Positions 12,945 through 27,609 of a DNA stretch of 64,000 nt are shown here, piece after piece. Under the pieces are notes generated by a model, which made no database searches, was not told where the DNA came from, and worked only from the letters and a program-made list of their open reading frames with translations. This DNA is from Octopus sinensis (lineage: Eukaryota), in assembly GCF_006345805.1 (NCBI RefSeq), contig NC_042997.1, positions 47,430,001 to 47,494,000 on the forward strand, written 5' to 3'. Every line of letters begins with the position of its first letter. The stretch's first letter is position 1. Made by a program: the position numbers and the translations under genes.

Positions 12945-13605
12945 TGGGTCAAGATTCCGAAGCAGCATAATGGGAGCAGTTTTAGTGTAAATTTATGCGG
13001 CGGCATCCCAATGTGTTTAAGCGTGTTCAGTAATTCAACAGGGTATTGAACAACCTAATTTTGATCGACTGTTGTCATTTCTGATGTATCTGTTAAAATT
13101 TTGACGAAATTCATGATTGAGTTTATCAACCATTTCATTAGTTGCAGCTAGTATTGCTCTTTCACATAGCTAGTTTACATCAGTGAAATTGACAGATAGA
13201 TTAGGAAATAATTTAACTATAAGAATCCTAAGTAAAAGTATCCTTTGACAACATGTAATTTCATGTAGCCGAAGCCTTCAGTTGAATGTTAATATCCCAT
13301 TACCAATCTTAAGGATCTCGTATGATCCCTTTGTAGAAGTACTGTGATGTTGCTTGTAAGATGACGTTTCTTTACATTCTCCAGAGGTACGATTTTTTGA
13401 AGCATGCAGTGACTTCATCAGCTTTTGATCCTTTGGAAATAACCGACAACATTTGACGAAAATCGCTGGAAGAACTGTTACTCCCCCATAAGCGTGCTAT
13501 TGCTTTTATGTCTTGGAGGATACGATCTTGGAGAGTTTTTTATGTCTTGGAGCCCCACGCTGTGACAGTGCACTAACCCCCAAACAATGAAGCTCAGTGT
13601 ATTTA
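12945..13605 (-). mobile_element. Helitron RepHel Pif1-helicase remnant
   Basis: The minus strand gives SFIVW..., LQDIKSNSTLMGGVTVL..DFRQMLSVISKGSKADEVTACFKKSYLWR and VVQYPVELLNTLKHIGMPPHKFTLK..APIMLLRNLDP, which are characteristic Helitron helicase motifs. Confidence 0.88.
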
Positions 13606-13649
13606 TATGTGAGTGTGGAGATGTGTGCATATGTGTAGGGTTGTCTGAG

Positions 13650-14310
13650 TCTATCGGCAACCGTATAGCTTAGTAAAGGGACCGGTGAACTGATAGAATA
13701 TTTGGGCTTTAGTATTGTCAACGAACAGGTTCGTATAGTTGGGGCCCATTCTCGAGAGCCGATAGTAGAATTCATCCGCGAACGAGAAGCAATTTAGAGA
13801 GAGGAAAAGTTCAGTCAAATGAAGAAGGATAGACGTGTCAGGTTGCGGATCAGAACACATATCTGCAAGTATTTTAATGTTATGTGAGGGTTAACCGTTT
13901 TCACCGAGATGTATAACCGTCTATAAGGATCTTATGTCAAGGGTGAACAAGAAACTGGAATGGATGGAATGAAAGAAGAAAGAATTGAAGAGAGGAAAAG
14001 CATGGTTGGTGCTATGAGTGTGAGACGAGAGGGAAGACAATAGTGGTGCGAGGACAAGGTGGATGTATTTAGAGATGAGTTCAGTGGGACAACTGAAAGC
14101 AGAAATGATAGGTCGGTCAGGGTTGATCGGTAAATGGTAGAGGGGTGCGTGAACTATTGACAATGCCGTTGGAGGCGGTGGTGGTAGAAGAGAAGAGGAA
14201 ATATGTTCGTGAATGGTAGGTGGGACAGTTTGTTCACAGTGAGACGTGAGCTTGGTGGCGGGGTAGAGGATTATAAAATGAGGTGCTTTGCAGTTGACGT
14301 AGCGCATGAG
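13650..14310 (-). mobile_element. Penelope-like element (PLE) reverse transcriptase remnant
   Basis: NPDRPIISAFSCPTELISKYIHLVLAPL...STNHAF...LFTLDIRSL and LLHLTELFLSLNCFSFADEFY...MGPNYTNLFV...QIFYQFTGPFTKLYG match PLE RT domains 1-5. Confidence 0.88.
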
Positions 14311-14709
14311 TCCTGCAGATGTCTGCGTTCCAAACGACCACAGAATATGGCGGCAACAGATCTCTGACGTAGAACTATGAGAATTCAGTTATTGAATCAT
14401 TTGAATGAGCTAGCCCTGCAGTAATGAGTAAATGACTGAGCATTGGACAGACATTGGTACCCTTAACCTAATTCTGAAGCAGAATCAGTGTAATACAGAG
14501 ACACAGTGTGCAATAAGGTTGTACCCAGTGAATTAGAAGTACAAACAACTGGATACACTTCTGTACAGTTTCGGTTGATCAAATTTCACCGAGTAGGTAT
14601 GGGTGAACTGAAGTCAATGTAAATGGAATTTGCATAAGAGGTCACGCTTTCGGATCGAACTCATGACTGTAAAGCGAACTATATAACCGTTCGACCGCAC
14701 TACATCTCC

Positions 14710-14710
14710 C

Positions 14711-14758
<48 letters not shown>

Positions 14759-14943
14759 ACTGTCTTTCTTTCTTTCTTTCTTTGTTTCTTTCTTTCTTTT
14801 TTCTTTCATTCGTTCTTTCTTTCTTTCTTTCTTTTTTTATTTCATTCTTTCTCTGTTTCTTTCTTTTTTCTTTCTTTTATCTTTCCTTCTTTCTTTCTTT
14901 CATTCTTTCTTTCAAATATGTAGATGAATGCACGTGTGTGTGC

Positions 14944-14996
<53 letters not shown>

Positions 14997-15075
14997 GATA
15001 TATATAATGTGTGCATTTGTACGTGTGTGTGCGTGCATATGTGTATGTGGTGTATGTGTGTGTGTGTGTGCATGA
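14710..15075. repeat. Compound microsatellite (CTTT)n-(TA)n-(TG)n
   Basis: Seen directly in the sequence. Confidence 0.95.
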
Positions 15076-15568
15076 GTATAGCGATTAGTAGCTGTAGATT
15101 GAACAACATACAAATTTGTTCAAGGTACTCCTCGGCTAAGTAGATAAATAGAAAATAATATGACTTAAATACTTTTAGCAGTAATCCACCTCCATCTTTT
15201 ACTTTTGTATCAAACTGCCTTAGCTAAAAAAAGTATTTATCTTTCATTCCCACACGCTATATTCCGTTGGACAATGAACCAAAGACTATTTTATTTTACT
15301 TTTCCGTCTCACTCCAATCTCAAATTGCACCCTTGCGTAAGTTTAATCGTATAAAATACGAATAATAATACCTTTATATTCTTTTATCTCCGTTTCTTTA
15401 TTTCTTCAACAGAGAAATTTTAGCCACTTTCTTATCGCCCATCCAGAAAATTGAATATAGCGAAGTGATGTGCTTGTATATATTAGATTTGTGTGTGCAA
15501 GTCTGAAAGAAAAGATAACGTCAGATCTTATGTAAGTTAACAATAGATTATTTGATTATTTAACTTAC

Positions 15569-15677
15569 CTAAGAATGGTTTCAATTCAAAATGATGAACC
15601 TGAGAAAAACCTTGATTGTACAGTCCTCCAACATCACTCCCCGTTTTTGAACTCAACATGCATGTTCCTTCACGGAT
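15569..15677 (-). CDS. Candidate internal exon of the minus-strand host gene
   Basis: Acceptor tttttcttgctatttacag, donor TTAG|gtaagt, 109 bp. Only frame 0 is open: IREGTCMLSSKTGSDVGGLYNQGFSQVHHFELKPFL+G (phase 0 to 1). Confidence 0.6.
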
Positions 15678-16309
15678 CTGTAAATAGCAAGAAAAAGTAT
15701 AAGTTAAATACAGTAAAGTAAGAACAATCAGTGAAATAAAGAATAAAGCACCCAGATATAGTATATATGGAAACTTGTCGATACCTCATAGTTAATATCA
15801 TCATAACAAATAACGATTAAGTAAACTTACATGTAGCTTTAAAGTAGCATTCTATTATAACTTTACAATTGCCTGCGCAGAGATGGCGAATTCCTTCTCT
15901 TGGAATTCAAAACTGAGTTTTGAAACTGATAAGTACTATAAAGGCCTTAGCAAATACTTCACTACAGCCGGGTATTTTCACATAATTCACACCTTTTGCC
16001 ATATCTTTTCCGGAGAAAAATATTTCTGAATATGTCATTGATAATTATTTCAGTGCTAACGTAAAAATAAATGAAGATCTATAACTTCTTAGATTTCTCA
16101 GGACGGAATAGTTAAACTTATTTTATTCGATGAATGAGATTGAGAGATTAGGACGATTTGAAGTGTCTTGGAATTATAACATAATAACACATTTATATAT
16201 GAATTAAAAATTAAGCACAAGTCCGACTACTTTTTAGTGTGTGTAGGGGGGGGGGGCAATGTTAAGGACTGTATTATTCGATGCCATCGACACTGTACGG
16301 GACTAGTAT

Positions 16310-16640
16310 CTTGTTTCAGCATGTGTGGAGAGAGAGTAATGGTTATGGTAGACTAGGTGAAATTAAACCTCGGATGTAATGACGGGAACAAATGCCACAG
16401 CATTTGCAGCAATACCGAAACTTTATAATTACAGAGAACTGAAAAAATTTTGGCACAAGGCCAGCCCGTCCGGAAGTGGGTGGTTAAATCGATTACATCG
16501 ACATCAGTGCTCAACTGGTAAATATTTTATTAACCTTCGGCGTAATTTGAACCTCTGTGTAATTTGAACGCAAAACGTGGAGACGGACGAAAGGCTGCTA
16601 ACTTTTTTGCCTTACGTGCTAACGATTTTCCCTGCTCGCT
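16310..16640 (-). mobile_element. Old SINE family B-related fragments
   Basis: cgattacatcgacatcagtgctcaactggta..., aatttgaacgcaaaacgt..., cgtgctaacgatttt are diverged versions of family B. Confidence 0.65.
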
Positions 16641-16989
16641 GCTTTGACAACTGTAAATATTGATAAAATTTATGAAATAAACGTTTCAAAAATGTTAGTT
16701 CTCTGGACAAATTTCTTGTTATCGAATGTTGATTCAGTAAATTATAACCATTGCTCCACCAAAATTTTGTCTTGTGAAAAATTGAAGGAATTATATTATT
16801 ACGGATACTGAAAGGAATCACCGCAGAACTGAAATTCTAGTAATCCTGCATATACCAGAATATCTTGCTGTGTAGTATGAGGTACGTAAGAGCCGATACA
16901 ATGACCATCCTGTGTTCAGCAAATTATAGCAACTATCGTCGTCAATTGAATTAAGTTGCAAATGTTTCAAAGCTCTCCCCCACCTCTCT

Positions 16990-17300
<311 letters not shown>

Positions 17301-17439
17301 TATATATACATATATATATGGTACCAGTGAAATCATTGAAAGAAGTGAATGATAAATGCTTCTCATGGCTATGAGATGTTTTAACTCTTATTTGTAGCAA
17401 TACTGACTAGTGCCATCAACTACTTTAGTGACGTATATA

Positions 17440-17600
17440 TATATGTATTGCCTTCGAAACACGCCTGAGTTAACTAGCGACAGCTGATGACGGTGGATTT
17501 TTCCTTGTGTAGTATCTCCTGTACTTGTTTTCTTGTTGTTAAAATTTTTTTGTTTTTCCCGTTTCTACGTCTTGTTGTGGTGTCCTGTACTTACGTATAT
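17440..17600 (+). repeat. Short interspersed repeat family E (related to 48433-48754)
   Basis: Shares ctgatga.gg... and the ending gtcctgtac..ac.tata with the arms of the 48.4-48.75 kb palindrome. Confidence 0.5.
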
Positions 17601-17695
17601 TTATTTATATATGCATGTATATATACATGTAGATGTAGGTACGTACATATATGTTGTATGTATGCATATTTTTATTATTATTATATATATTATAT

Positions 17696-17727
<32 letters not shown>

Positions 17728-17796
17728 TGTTTTTTTATCTCGCCTCACACACACACATACACACACGCACACGCACACACTCACACATACACACAC

Positions 17797-18005
17797 ATCT
17801 GTTGCGTTACCAACCTTGTCTCCACTCTTTTGCCTTTAAAAACTTACTTTGCTCTTGTTATCGTAAACTTCCGCCTTTCACCATGTGTAACTCGTAAACA
17901 CCAGTCGTTTTTTTTCTCTATCCCTGTTGCCGCTTTGGGATCTTTCTTTCCTCTCTCTTCTTCTTTATGTTTCCGACGTTATGTTTTCCCGTTTGGATTA
18001 AAATT
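17797..18005 (+). repeat. Repeat family D copy with the hammerhead core deleted
   Basis: Aligns with the reverse complement of 37973-38276 (accaaccttgtctccactc...gggatctttctttcc...tatgtttccgacg), but ccgACG joins directly to TTAT, removing the stem II/GAAA segment. Confidence 0.8.
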
Positions 18006-18089
18006 ATATATATATAATATATATATATTATATATATATATATTGTTTCTAAGCCTGGCACAGTTATTCTATTGTTTTGTTTATGCCAA

Positions 18090-18188
18090 AACTGCTAAAT
18101 TACGGAGAGTTAACACGCCAACACCGGCTGTGAAGTGGTGATGGGCGACAAACCGGCACAAGAGCACACACAGACACACACAAATACG

Positions 18189-18219
<31 letters not shown>

Positions 18220-18420
18220 CACACAAATACGCACGCACGCACACACACACACACACACACACACAGAGACACATACGACGGGCTTTCAGTTTCCGTCTGC
18301 CAAATCTACTCACAAGGCTATGGTTGGCCCGAGCGTTTAGTAGAAGACACCCAAGATGTCACTGTGCACGGAACTATGTGGTGTTTAGAAAGCAACCTTC
18401 AGGCCAGACAGCCACACACA
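18090..18420 (-). mobile_element. SINE family A, diverged
   Basis: atacgacgggctttcagtttccgtctgccaaatctactcacaaggc... Confidence 0.8.
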
Positions 18421-18989
18421 CAAGCACACACAAACAAACAAACAAACGCATGTACGTGTCAGGAAGTGATATGAATCGTCAACCCTTCAGTTCGAACCCA
18501 TACATCTTAAATAGAAATTAATTCATTATCTAAACGTTGTAAATTTGCTCTGTTAGTCTAAAAGAGACTAAAGAAATACGTGACAAATCCATCATAGAAT
18601 AACTTCTATAATGTGCACAGCGTTTTAGGAACTTGTCTCGTTAAGAGAATCATGTTAATCAATTAGCAACAGTTTCGACGAAACCTAATTTTCAGAGAGA
18701 AACACTGTGTTTGAATTCATTTGTGCAACGAGTGCGGAAGCTTGCCAAATGTTTAATATATCCAATTAACTTCTGTTGTACTAAATGACTTGACGCTGTA
18801 TATTTATTGTCATAATTATTTCAATAGTCATTTTGTGATGTCTACTGGGCGTTCAGGAGAAAAGGTAACAATTATTGAAGATGGTACAGTTGGCAACAAT
18901 CGAATTATCACATTTCGCTATCATTCCCACATTCTTTCTCTCATATATATTAATTCTTTTCTCAACGTCTCCAATATTCTGTGTATGCT

Positions 18990-19300
<311 letters not shown>

Positions 19301-20133
19301 TGTGCACGAGACATTCGCCAAAATTCTCTCACTAACGATTTCCTAAAATCTATAAGTCTTAATCAAAAGTACCTCCCTTGAGCTAGTATAATAAATAACA
19401 GAAGAATATATCAACAATAATCTTTACATTTATTTTTATTTAGTAGTTTTGCTCTTTAGTATTGGTGCACGTTAATGCCAGCTGCTTTGTAAATTAAATC
19501 GATGCAAGAAAATCATAAATTTTATTCTCTGAACATTTTCCCCGTTTCTTTCCACATAACATATATTTATTTTTTACTTACATATTTATCTCTTGATCAA
19601 TTGCCAGGATATTATGAGCTAGTGAGTAACGGGCCGCATGGCTTAAATTAGAATATATATATATATGTGTGTGTGTGTGTATGTGTAAATAAAGAGAGAG
19701 AGAAAGTGGGGATATGCATCTCTCCATAAAAATTAACCTAAATTATTGCTTTTAACGAACACATTATTTTGATCTACTGTAAAGCATGTATACATGCGCG
19801 TCCAGACATATGCGCACTCCCTAAGATACACGTTCGCATTCATAAGCATTCATACACGCGCTGACACATAAATGTATATGTGAATAGGCATATTCAAAAT
19901 GTATACATACACATGCATATACATTTACATGCACATATACATATGTGTACATATATATATGCACACATATACTAAATAGATACACTCACATATATATATA
20001 TACATATCTATATATGTATGTATATGTGTGTATATATATATATACATATATATATATGTGTATGTATATATATATATATATACATATGTATATATATATA
20101 TGATATATATATACATATATATATGTACGTATG

Positions 20134-20175
<42 letters not shown>

Positions 20176-21134
20176 CATATTTAGACATATATATATATAA
20201 TATATATATATACACACACACCACATACACTAAATTTCATGCAATGCAGAGTGGTGCAGAGTATCAGGCCAACGTCGGGATAACTATTTTAGAGGACCTC
20301 ATTTTGGTTCGGTCTTGATAAAGAAGCATGATCATCAGGACCATGGCAATTTTTCCGAGTCAATAGAAATAATGACCCATCGCTAAACATAGACCTGAAT
20401 TCGAATAATGATGCAAGTCTCTCAATCAATCAATGTGGAATTGTTTCATATAGTATTGAATACGTAGTTGATCAACTGCCAGGATTTAATAAACGCAGGC
20501 GCATATTCTAGATGATGACAACGTTTAAATTAGAGAAAAAGCATACGAGAACGTGGGTAAATATTGAGCGCAAAATTTAACGAACGGACAAAATGAAGAT
20601 CAATACATGTGTTAGTGCGTCGTGCGCGAAGACGTGTGCTGTGTGTGTGTGTGTGTGTGTGTGTGAGTGTTTGTATGTGTGTATGCGTGCGTGTGTATGT
20701 GTACTTTTGTTCATCTCTCTCTCTCTCTCACTCCCACTTTCTCCCTCTCTACATATGTATATATATATAAATATAAATATGATATAAATATAAATGTGTG
20801 TGTGTGTGTGTGTGTGTGTTTTATTAAATATACACATGTGATACGTTCAGAGTCACTAATCGAGAATCTAAAAATTCGTTTGTGCTCAGGCGCTGTAAAG
20901 TTAGCTGTAAAAGTAATTGCATATCGCCTAAAGGAAAGATTTCTCGAAAAATCTGTACACCGACACAGAAGACATCCGTTCATTACATTTAATATACATA
21001 CACGCATACACATACACGCAGGTGCCCACATACATACGCACACACACATACACACATACACACCCATTCACACATTCATATACCTACATATACAGGCTCA
21101 CAGTCATTTAAGTACACACACACATATGCATATG

Positions 21135-21184
<50 letters not shown>

Positions 21185-21185
<1 letters not shown>

Positions 21186-21590
21186 CTCTTTTACTATTTT
21201 ACTTGTTTCAGTCATTTGACTGCGGCCATACTGGAGCACCACCTTTAATCGAGCAACTCGACCCCGGGACTTATTCTTTGTAAGCCCAGTACTTATTCTA
21301 TCGGTCTCTTTTGCCGAACCGCTAAGTTACGGGGACACAAACACACCAGCATCGGTTGTCAAGCGATGTTGGCGGGGACAAACACAGACACACAAGCACA
21401 CACGCACATATATATATACATATATACGACGGGCTTCTTTCAGTTTCCGTCTCCCAAATCCACTCACAAGGCTTTGGTCGGCCCGAGGCTATAGTAGAAG
21501 ACACCTGCCCAAGGTGCCACGCAGTGGGACTGAACACGGAACCATGTGGTTGGTAAGCAAGCTACTTACCACACAGCCACTCCTGCGCCT
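21185..21590 (-). mobile_element. SINE family A (full length)
   Basis: Near-identical to 7771-8172, ending ...cagccactcctgcgcct. Confidence 0.93.
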
Positions 21591-21611
21591 AGACACACAT
21601 ACACATATTCA

Positions 21612-22404
21612 CAGTGCGATAGATAAATTGTCACCATATTACATTTTAAATTTCGCAGATTCGCATTGTTTGTTTTTGATTTTGTCGCCTACACAGTATA
21701 GTAGGATCAGTTGGGCAACATCTGTGAGAAAAACTGCATCATGATGCATTTCATTGTGCCAAAAATTTGGATAAGAAACGACATGCTGTACTGCTTGGCA
21801 TTCGCACCGAAAACTCCAATACGAACATTTCGGAGTGTTTGGGTGTAAGTCTGGGGACAGTGCAATCTGAGGACGCGTAACGAGAGTGATAAAAATCAAA
21901 CATCCACTCAACACCATGATGTTTGGAGGAATCACCAATGATGATGACCTTGTGCCTCAATTCGTCTCTCCACATGGCCTCAGACTCAACACGGAGGCCT
22001 ACATCAAGTGCCTGGAGGAAGTAATGCTGCGCCGGGTGAAGAGGGTGTCTGCTGGAAGAACCCAGTCATGGCTGTCAGACAATTTCTGCGACCACATCAG
22101 CCGTAACATCTGGCGATCTAACACCCCAGATTGCAACTCCTTTGATTATTATGGGGCGCAGTTAAGCGAGAGACCAACAGCTTTCACCAACTTAAAAAGG
22201 TGACCGTCCAGAAGAGTTGCAGGAGTTTACAAAGTCGTCGTCTGGAGGCCGTCGTTGAAGCCAATAGCAATTTTATTGAATAAATTTATTCTTTAGTATT
22301 TCAAGATATCTTTTTGTAATTTTCGTAAATATATATGTTAAAATGAGATGTCAGTGTCATTTTAGTTTTTGCGCAATTTAGACGACAATTTATTCACCGC
22401 ACTA
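21612..22404 (+). mobile_element. Internally deleted Tc1/mariner DD37D (maT-like) element
   Basis: TIRs cagtgcgatagataaattgtc and (rc) tagtgcggtgaataaattgtc. Transposase remnant KHPLNTMMFGGITNDDDLVPQFVSPHGLRLNTEAYIKCLEEV...TQSWLSDNFCDHI...TPDCNSFDYY (SPDCNPLDY motif). Confidence 0.85.
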
Positions 22405-23190
22405 TATATGTATGTATATATATATATGTGTATGTATGTATGTATGTATGTATGTATGTATGTATGTATGTATGTATGTGTATGTGTCTGTGTGTGTATG
22501 CATGATGTATGTATGGAGTTATGTGAGTGTAATCACGTAAATACACAAATACTAGAATATACATATTCATATACACAATGATGTGTAGACGTAAAAACAC
22601 GCACACTCATGCATATGGTTACCTGTGCGTGTGCTTCTCTGTGCATATTCTATGTTAGCATACACTCAAGCAGACATACATCAAAGATACATACAATAAC
22701 AAAAACCTAAAATACCGGTAAAAAAACAAAAAATAATGAACACCTACATAACTAAAAATACAAATTTGTTGACCGACAGACTATAGATGATGTTTTAATA
22801 TATTCTAAGAAGAATATGTGTATGGCAAACAGCTGCAAATTTATTAGAAACTACAAAGTTGTAAAAAAGAATCTTAACTCTATTTTTCATAGTCGTGTCA
22901 TAATTTCGGATATATGTATGCGTGTATTTTCCTTATTATTGATTTATTAAAAATAAAATTCTTAGATTATCTGACATAAAATATAACATTAAATATAAAG
23001 AATATCCGTGACATACGCTCATTTTTTAAAATAATTTTTAACACAAATGTTAGAGAGATAATAGAGAGAGAGGGGGAAAGAGAGAGTGGGGAGAGAGAGA
23101 AAGAGAGAGAGGGAAGAGAGATCGATACATATGTATATACATAGATCCATATAGACAGATATACATATACATACAAATATATATATATAC

Positions 23191-23253
<63 letters not shown>

Positions 23254-24303
23254 CACACACACATATATATATATTTACATATATCAGTATAGATATACAT
23301 GCATGTATATACATAGACACACACACCCACATACATATATATTTGTTCGACTGTGCCTTCTAAAGCGGTGAGCCAGAATGGTTGCAGTCCACTGATTGAA
23401 ACCAGTAAAAGAAACGCACATACACATACACACACACACACACATACACATACACACACACGCATACACACATTATACATATATACACATTTATTCACTG
23501 TGTTTAAATGAGTATTTCTTTATACATGCAACAAGTTGTTTTCAGTGAGTGTGAGTATTTAGTTATTGAAATTGATTCCTCAATTTTGCTTTATGGAATT
23601 CTATGCTTTTGCTTTTATTATATAGTGGTGGTACTGGTAGGTTCGTTGCTATAAAGTGACTGCATGAAATTCACAATATTCCTCGTCTTCATGTCATTAG
23701 CTAGCAGCACGGCCTCATGAAAATCGACAATATTTTAAGGACGTATACGGATAGCTCTCTATCAAGTAGTTCAACAACCAACTAAGGTTGTTAATATATC
23801 GTAACAAAGATATAGTAGCGAAAGTGTCTTGCAAGTTTTATTATATATTTTACTAGTCGTCTTTACTGCTCGTCTTTTCAAAACTTTCATTGCATAGAAT
23901 CTTTTTCTCGAGTAGGCGAAATGGTCAGCTTTTCTATACGCTATCATAAATCAGTACGGTTTAGACCAAGGATCACATAACTGAAATGGTAATTCCAGTC
24001 TATTTTATGAGCTATGTTAAAACTGAATGCCTCTTGAGTTTTTTTCTTTTCTTTTTTCTTTTAACTTCTGGATAAGTGGATCTAGTGTGCGTATTTATGT
24101 GCGTATGTTGAGCAAGCATGTGTGTGTATGCGTGCAGACGTGTGTGTATATATATATATGATTGTGTCAGCGCACGCATTTGTTTCTCAATATTTGTGAC
24201 ACCGTGTTCATATATATATATATGTATGTGTGTGTGTATATATACATACATATATATATATACACACACACACAGAAACACACATACACATATAGCGTGT
24301 GTA

Positions 24304-25560
24304 CGAGGGGCGTTCAATAAGTAATGCCTCTGACCCACTTGCAGTTGTTTGATCTAGCTGTGCACTTATTTATACGTCTATAGATTAAGTGGCGAATTAC
24401 AGCTCTGAACTAATTGTGGTTTCTGATTTACAGGTGTTTGAACTGAGTCAAGTGTGAAATGGAGCATGTTGAGTGTCGAGCAGTGATCTGGTTTTTGTAT
24501 TTGAAAAGACGCACACCACGGGAGACTTTTGATGAAATGAAAGTAACTTATGGTGATGATGCCCCATCATATGCCCTTGTCAAACGCTGGCATTGTGAAT
24601 TCAAACATAGTCGGAACTCTGTGGAAACAGCTCCCAGATCTGGTCGCCCCCTTCTGCCGTTGATGAGACGTCTGTCCGTCAAGTTGAGGCTGCCATTTTG
24701 GAAGGTCAACGCATAACTATTCGCCAAATAGCCCATAAGGTCAAGATTAGTACCGGGTCTGTGGAAACTATCATTCATGACCATTTGCATATGCAAAAGG
24801 TGTCTGCCAGATGGATTTCCACGTTGCTCACACCTTTCCAGAAGCAAGAACGCATTAAGTGCTCGAGGATGAATTTGGAGATGTGCCAAGAAGATGAGTC
24901 AAAATTTTTCAAAAGACTGATCACACAGGATAAAACCTGGGTCCATCACTATGATCCATAGACCAAAGCCCAGTCAATGCAGTGAAGCACCGTGACTCAC
25001 CTCCACCAAAGAAGGCAAGGGTGCAGCCCTCCGCTGACAAGGTTATGCTCACAGTCTTCTGGGACCAGGACGGAGTAGTGATGACAGATTTCCTGGCAAA
25101 GGGTACCACAATTACAGGAGCCTATTATGCTTCACTTTTGAGGAAATTAAGAGAAGCTATCAAAATCAAGAGGCGGAGCAAGATCAGCAAAGGCATCCTC
25201 CTCCTGCAGGACAACGCTCCGGTCCACAACTCGCGTGTCGCCAGATCAGAAGCACAGGCGTGCAGCTATGAACTCCTCCCCTTGCACCCTCTGATTTTCT
25301 CCTCTTCCCAGCCATGAAGTTGATTTTGAAAGGAAAGCGTTTCCCAGATGATGCAGCCTTGATTTCTGAAGTCACGTCGTGGTTGGAGGACCAAGCTGGG
25401 GTCTTCTACAAAAACGGTCTCCAGAGCTGTATCAAACGATGGGAGAAATGCATAACTCTGGGTAGTTCCTATGTAGGAAAAGACTAATAACTGTGCCAAG
25501 TGTCGTTGCTCTATTGCTATGGGAAGTGGGTCAGGGGCATTACTTATTGAACGCCCCTCG
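24304..25560 (+). mobile_element. Full-length mariner element (irritans-like), transposase inactivated
   Basis: About 37-bp TIRs cgaggggcgttcaataagtaatgcc.ctgacccactt at both ends with a TA duplication. The transposase at about 24459-25487 reads MEHVECRAVIWFL..., ITQDKTWVHHYDP*, LLQDNAPVH, ...WEKCITLGSSYVGKD*, with a frameshift, stops and a deletion of the YSPDL region. Confidence 0.95.
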
Positions 25561-25987
25561 TACATTAATTATTCCTGAATCTCCTGCTAGTGCGTTGATA
25601 TACGTATTGTGTGGATATTTTTGTAATATCGCTAAATTGTTAACCTTAACTATTCAATGAAAATCCATTATGCTTGCGTGGTTTTAGTAAAGAGATGTGG
25701 CATCACGGATTTTCCTCTAATATTGTGCTTAGTTCTACGAAAAAGTTGTATTTTACACAGTATAATTTGCTATCCACTCAGTAATTTCCCTTCCTACTTC
25801 TTGCTTTAGGGACTAGTTACAAATTATTTAATTTCTCTCAGAAGTTGCACTGCTGAACAAATGAAATTTTTATTACACAAGGCTGATAAATTATTCTCCG
25901 TTCAGTTCTGATATTGACACCACAAGAATATAGCTTGGAGAAAAAATTTTACATTACTGTCCTATTGTTTAATTCTTTTTTCTTTAC

Positions 25988-26106
25988 CGAATTCATCCTG
26001 CCAGTTGTGCGAACGTCGTTGCCAACAGGAATGAATGCGTCGTTAGACATCATAATTCTCAGGTCACGAACTGATTCCGATTGAAGAATTGCAAACTCTT
26101 CTGGAT
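25988..26106 (-). CDS. Candidate internal exon of the minus-strand host gene
   Basis: Acceptor actttcgataaacag, donor TCG|gtaaag, 119 bp, phase 1 to 0: (D)PEEFAILQSESVRDLRIMMSNDAFIPVGNDVRTTGRMNS. Phase-compatible with exon 15569-15677. Confidence 0.6.
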
Positions 26107-26291
26107 CTGTTTATCGAAAGTATGATACGTTAGATGGGAGACATTTTTACATTTTAAATATTAGACAGCATTTTCTGCTCTTCCACCTGTCTATAAATTA
26201 TATTGAATTATTCCTGTACTTTTCCTTGACAGTTATAGCTAATGAGGGAAGCTATTGTAATTAAGAACCCAAATGCTTACACACATACGTT

Positions 26292-26329
<38 letters not shown>

Positions 26330-27104
26330 TACGCTTACGCATAAATTAATAGCAGTGACGAGAAATATAAACTAACATCAAAATAAATATAATTATAGAT
26401 TTCTTGGTTAATTTTTTTCGCTCCTAAAAATTTCAAAGTTAGATCATTGCATACATATTGGTAAAGATATAAATGAATGAATAGAGCTGAAGCTGTAATA
26501 TTTTCCTAGTGTTTTATTTAGCTGTACGTGTTGTTTCTATCGATTTAAAGCTAACTTAGGGAAAATGTGAAAGGATAAGCAGATGTTACTATGCCCTAGA
26601 GTTATGCGTCGATGTAGAAATATATTTTATAGTTCTTGTTTAATCTGAGCTGTTCTCAAAGATTTTCTCATAAACATATTCACCTATAAATACATGTGTG
26701 CACCAAGCATACAGATATGATATGCCTATGTACACATACACACACATACACACACACACACTGAAACACACTCACACACACACACATATACATGTACACA
26801 CACATCAACGCACATATAAATTAGTATAGATGTTCTTATTTTCATATGAAAACAGGCAAACAAAAAATAAATTAATTGAATAACGAAGTAAATACTTCCA
26901 TACGTAACGTCGAGAAATGTATGTATCTTTTTGCGAGCTGATAAACTGAAAATGATTGCCAAACATTGGACTTCAGACTTTGGTAATACATAAACAAGTA
27001 ATATAGAAACGGTTAAAATTATTTAAGATGGGACGGGCTTATTGAAAGTGTGAACTAGAATTATCAATCCTTTTACTATAAGCATAAATTTGGAGTGAGG
27101 GTAC

Positions 27105-27260
27105 GTGTCGACTATACGAACTCCAGTGCTCAACTGGTACTTATTTTATCGATCCAGACAGGATTAAAGACAAATCCACCCTCAGTGTAATTTGAAGACA
27201 AAGCGCAAAGCCGGAAGAAATGCCGCAAAGCATTTTGTTCGGCGTGCTTGCAAGTCTCCC
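27105..27260 (-). mobile_element. Old SINE family B-related fragment
   Basis: cagtgctcaactggtacttattttatcga...aatttgaa...aaatgccgcaaagcatttt. Confidence 0.65.
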
Positions 27261-27609
27261 ATTTTCAAATTAAGAAGTGAAGCTTCGAAATTGGAAAATG
27301 TAGTCTCTAATTTATTTGGGCGAAAAGAAAAGACTAAATGTTCCACAAGAGAATTAAATTGATGAGTCATAAAATTTCATCTGAAGAATTTTAATTTTTG
27401 TGTGAAGGTCATAAAAATATTCAAACATTAATGTCATAGAATTTTGAATTCGTTTCCTTTCAAATATTATAACTGCATAATCAGTGTGGTTTTTCAATGT
27501 TTTTAACATATGTTAACTAAAATTAGACCACATGAAGTTTTTGAGTTTTATAACCGCACTTATGACAAAAAAAACAGCTAATATTTTCTTCAGAAATTAT
27601 AAAACCATA

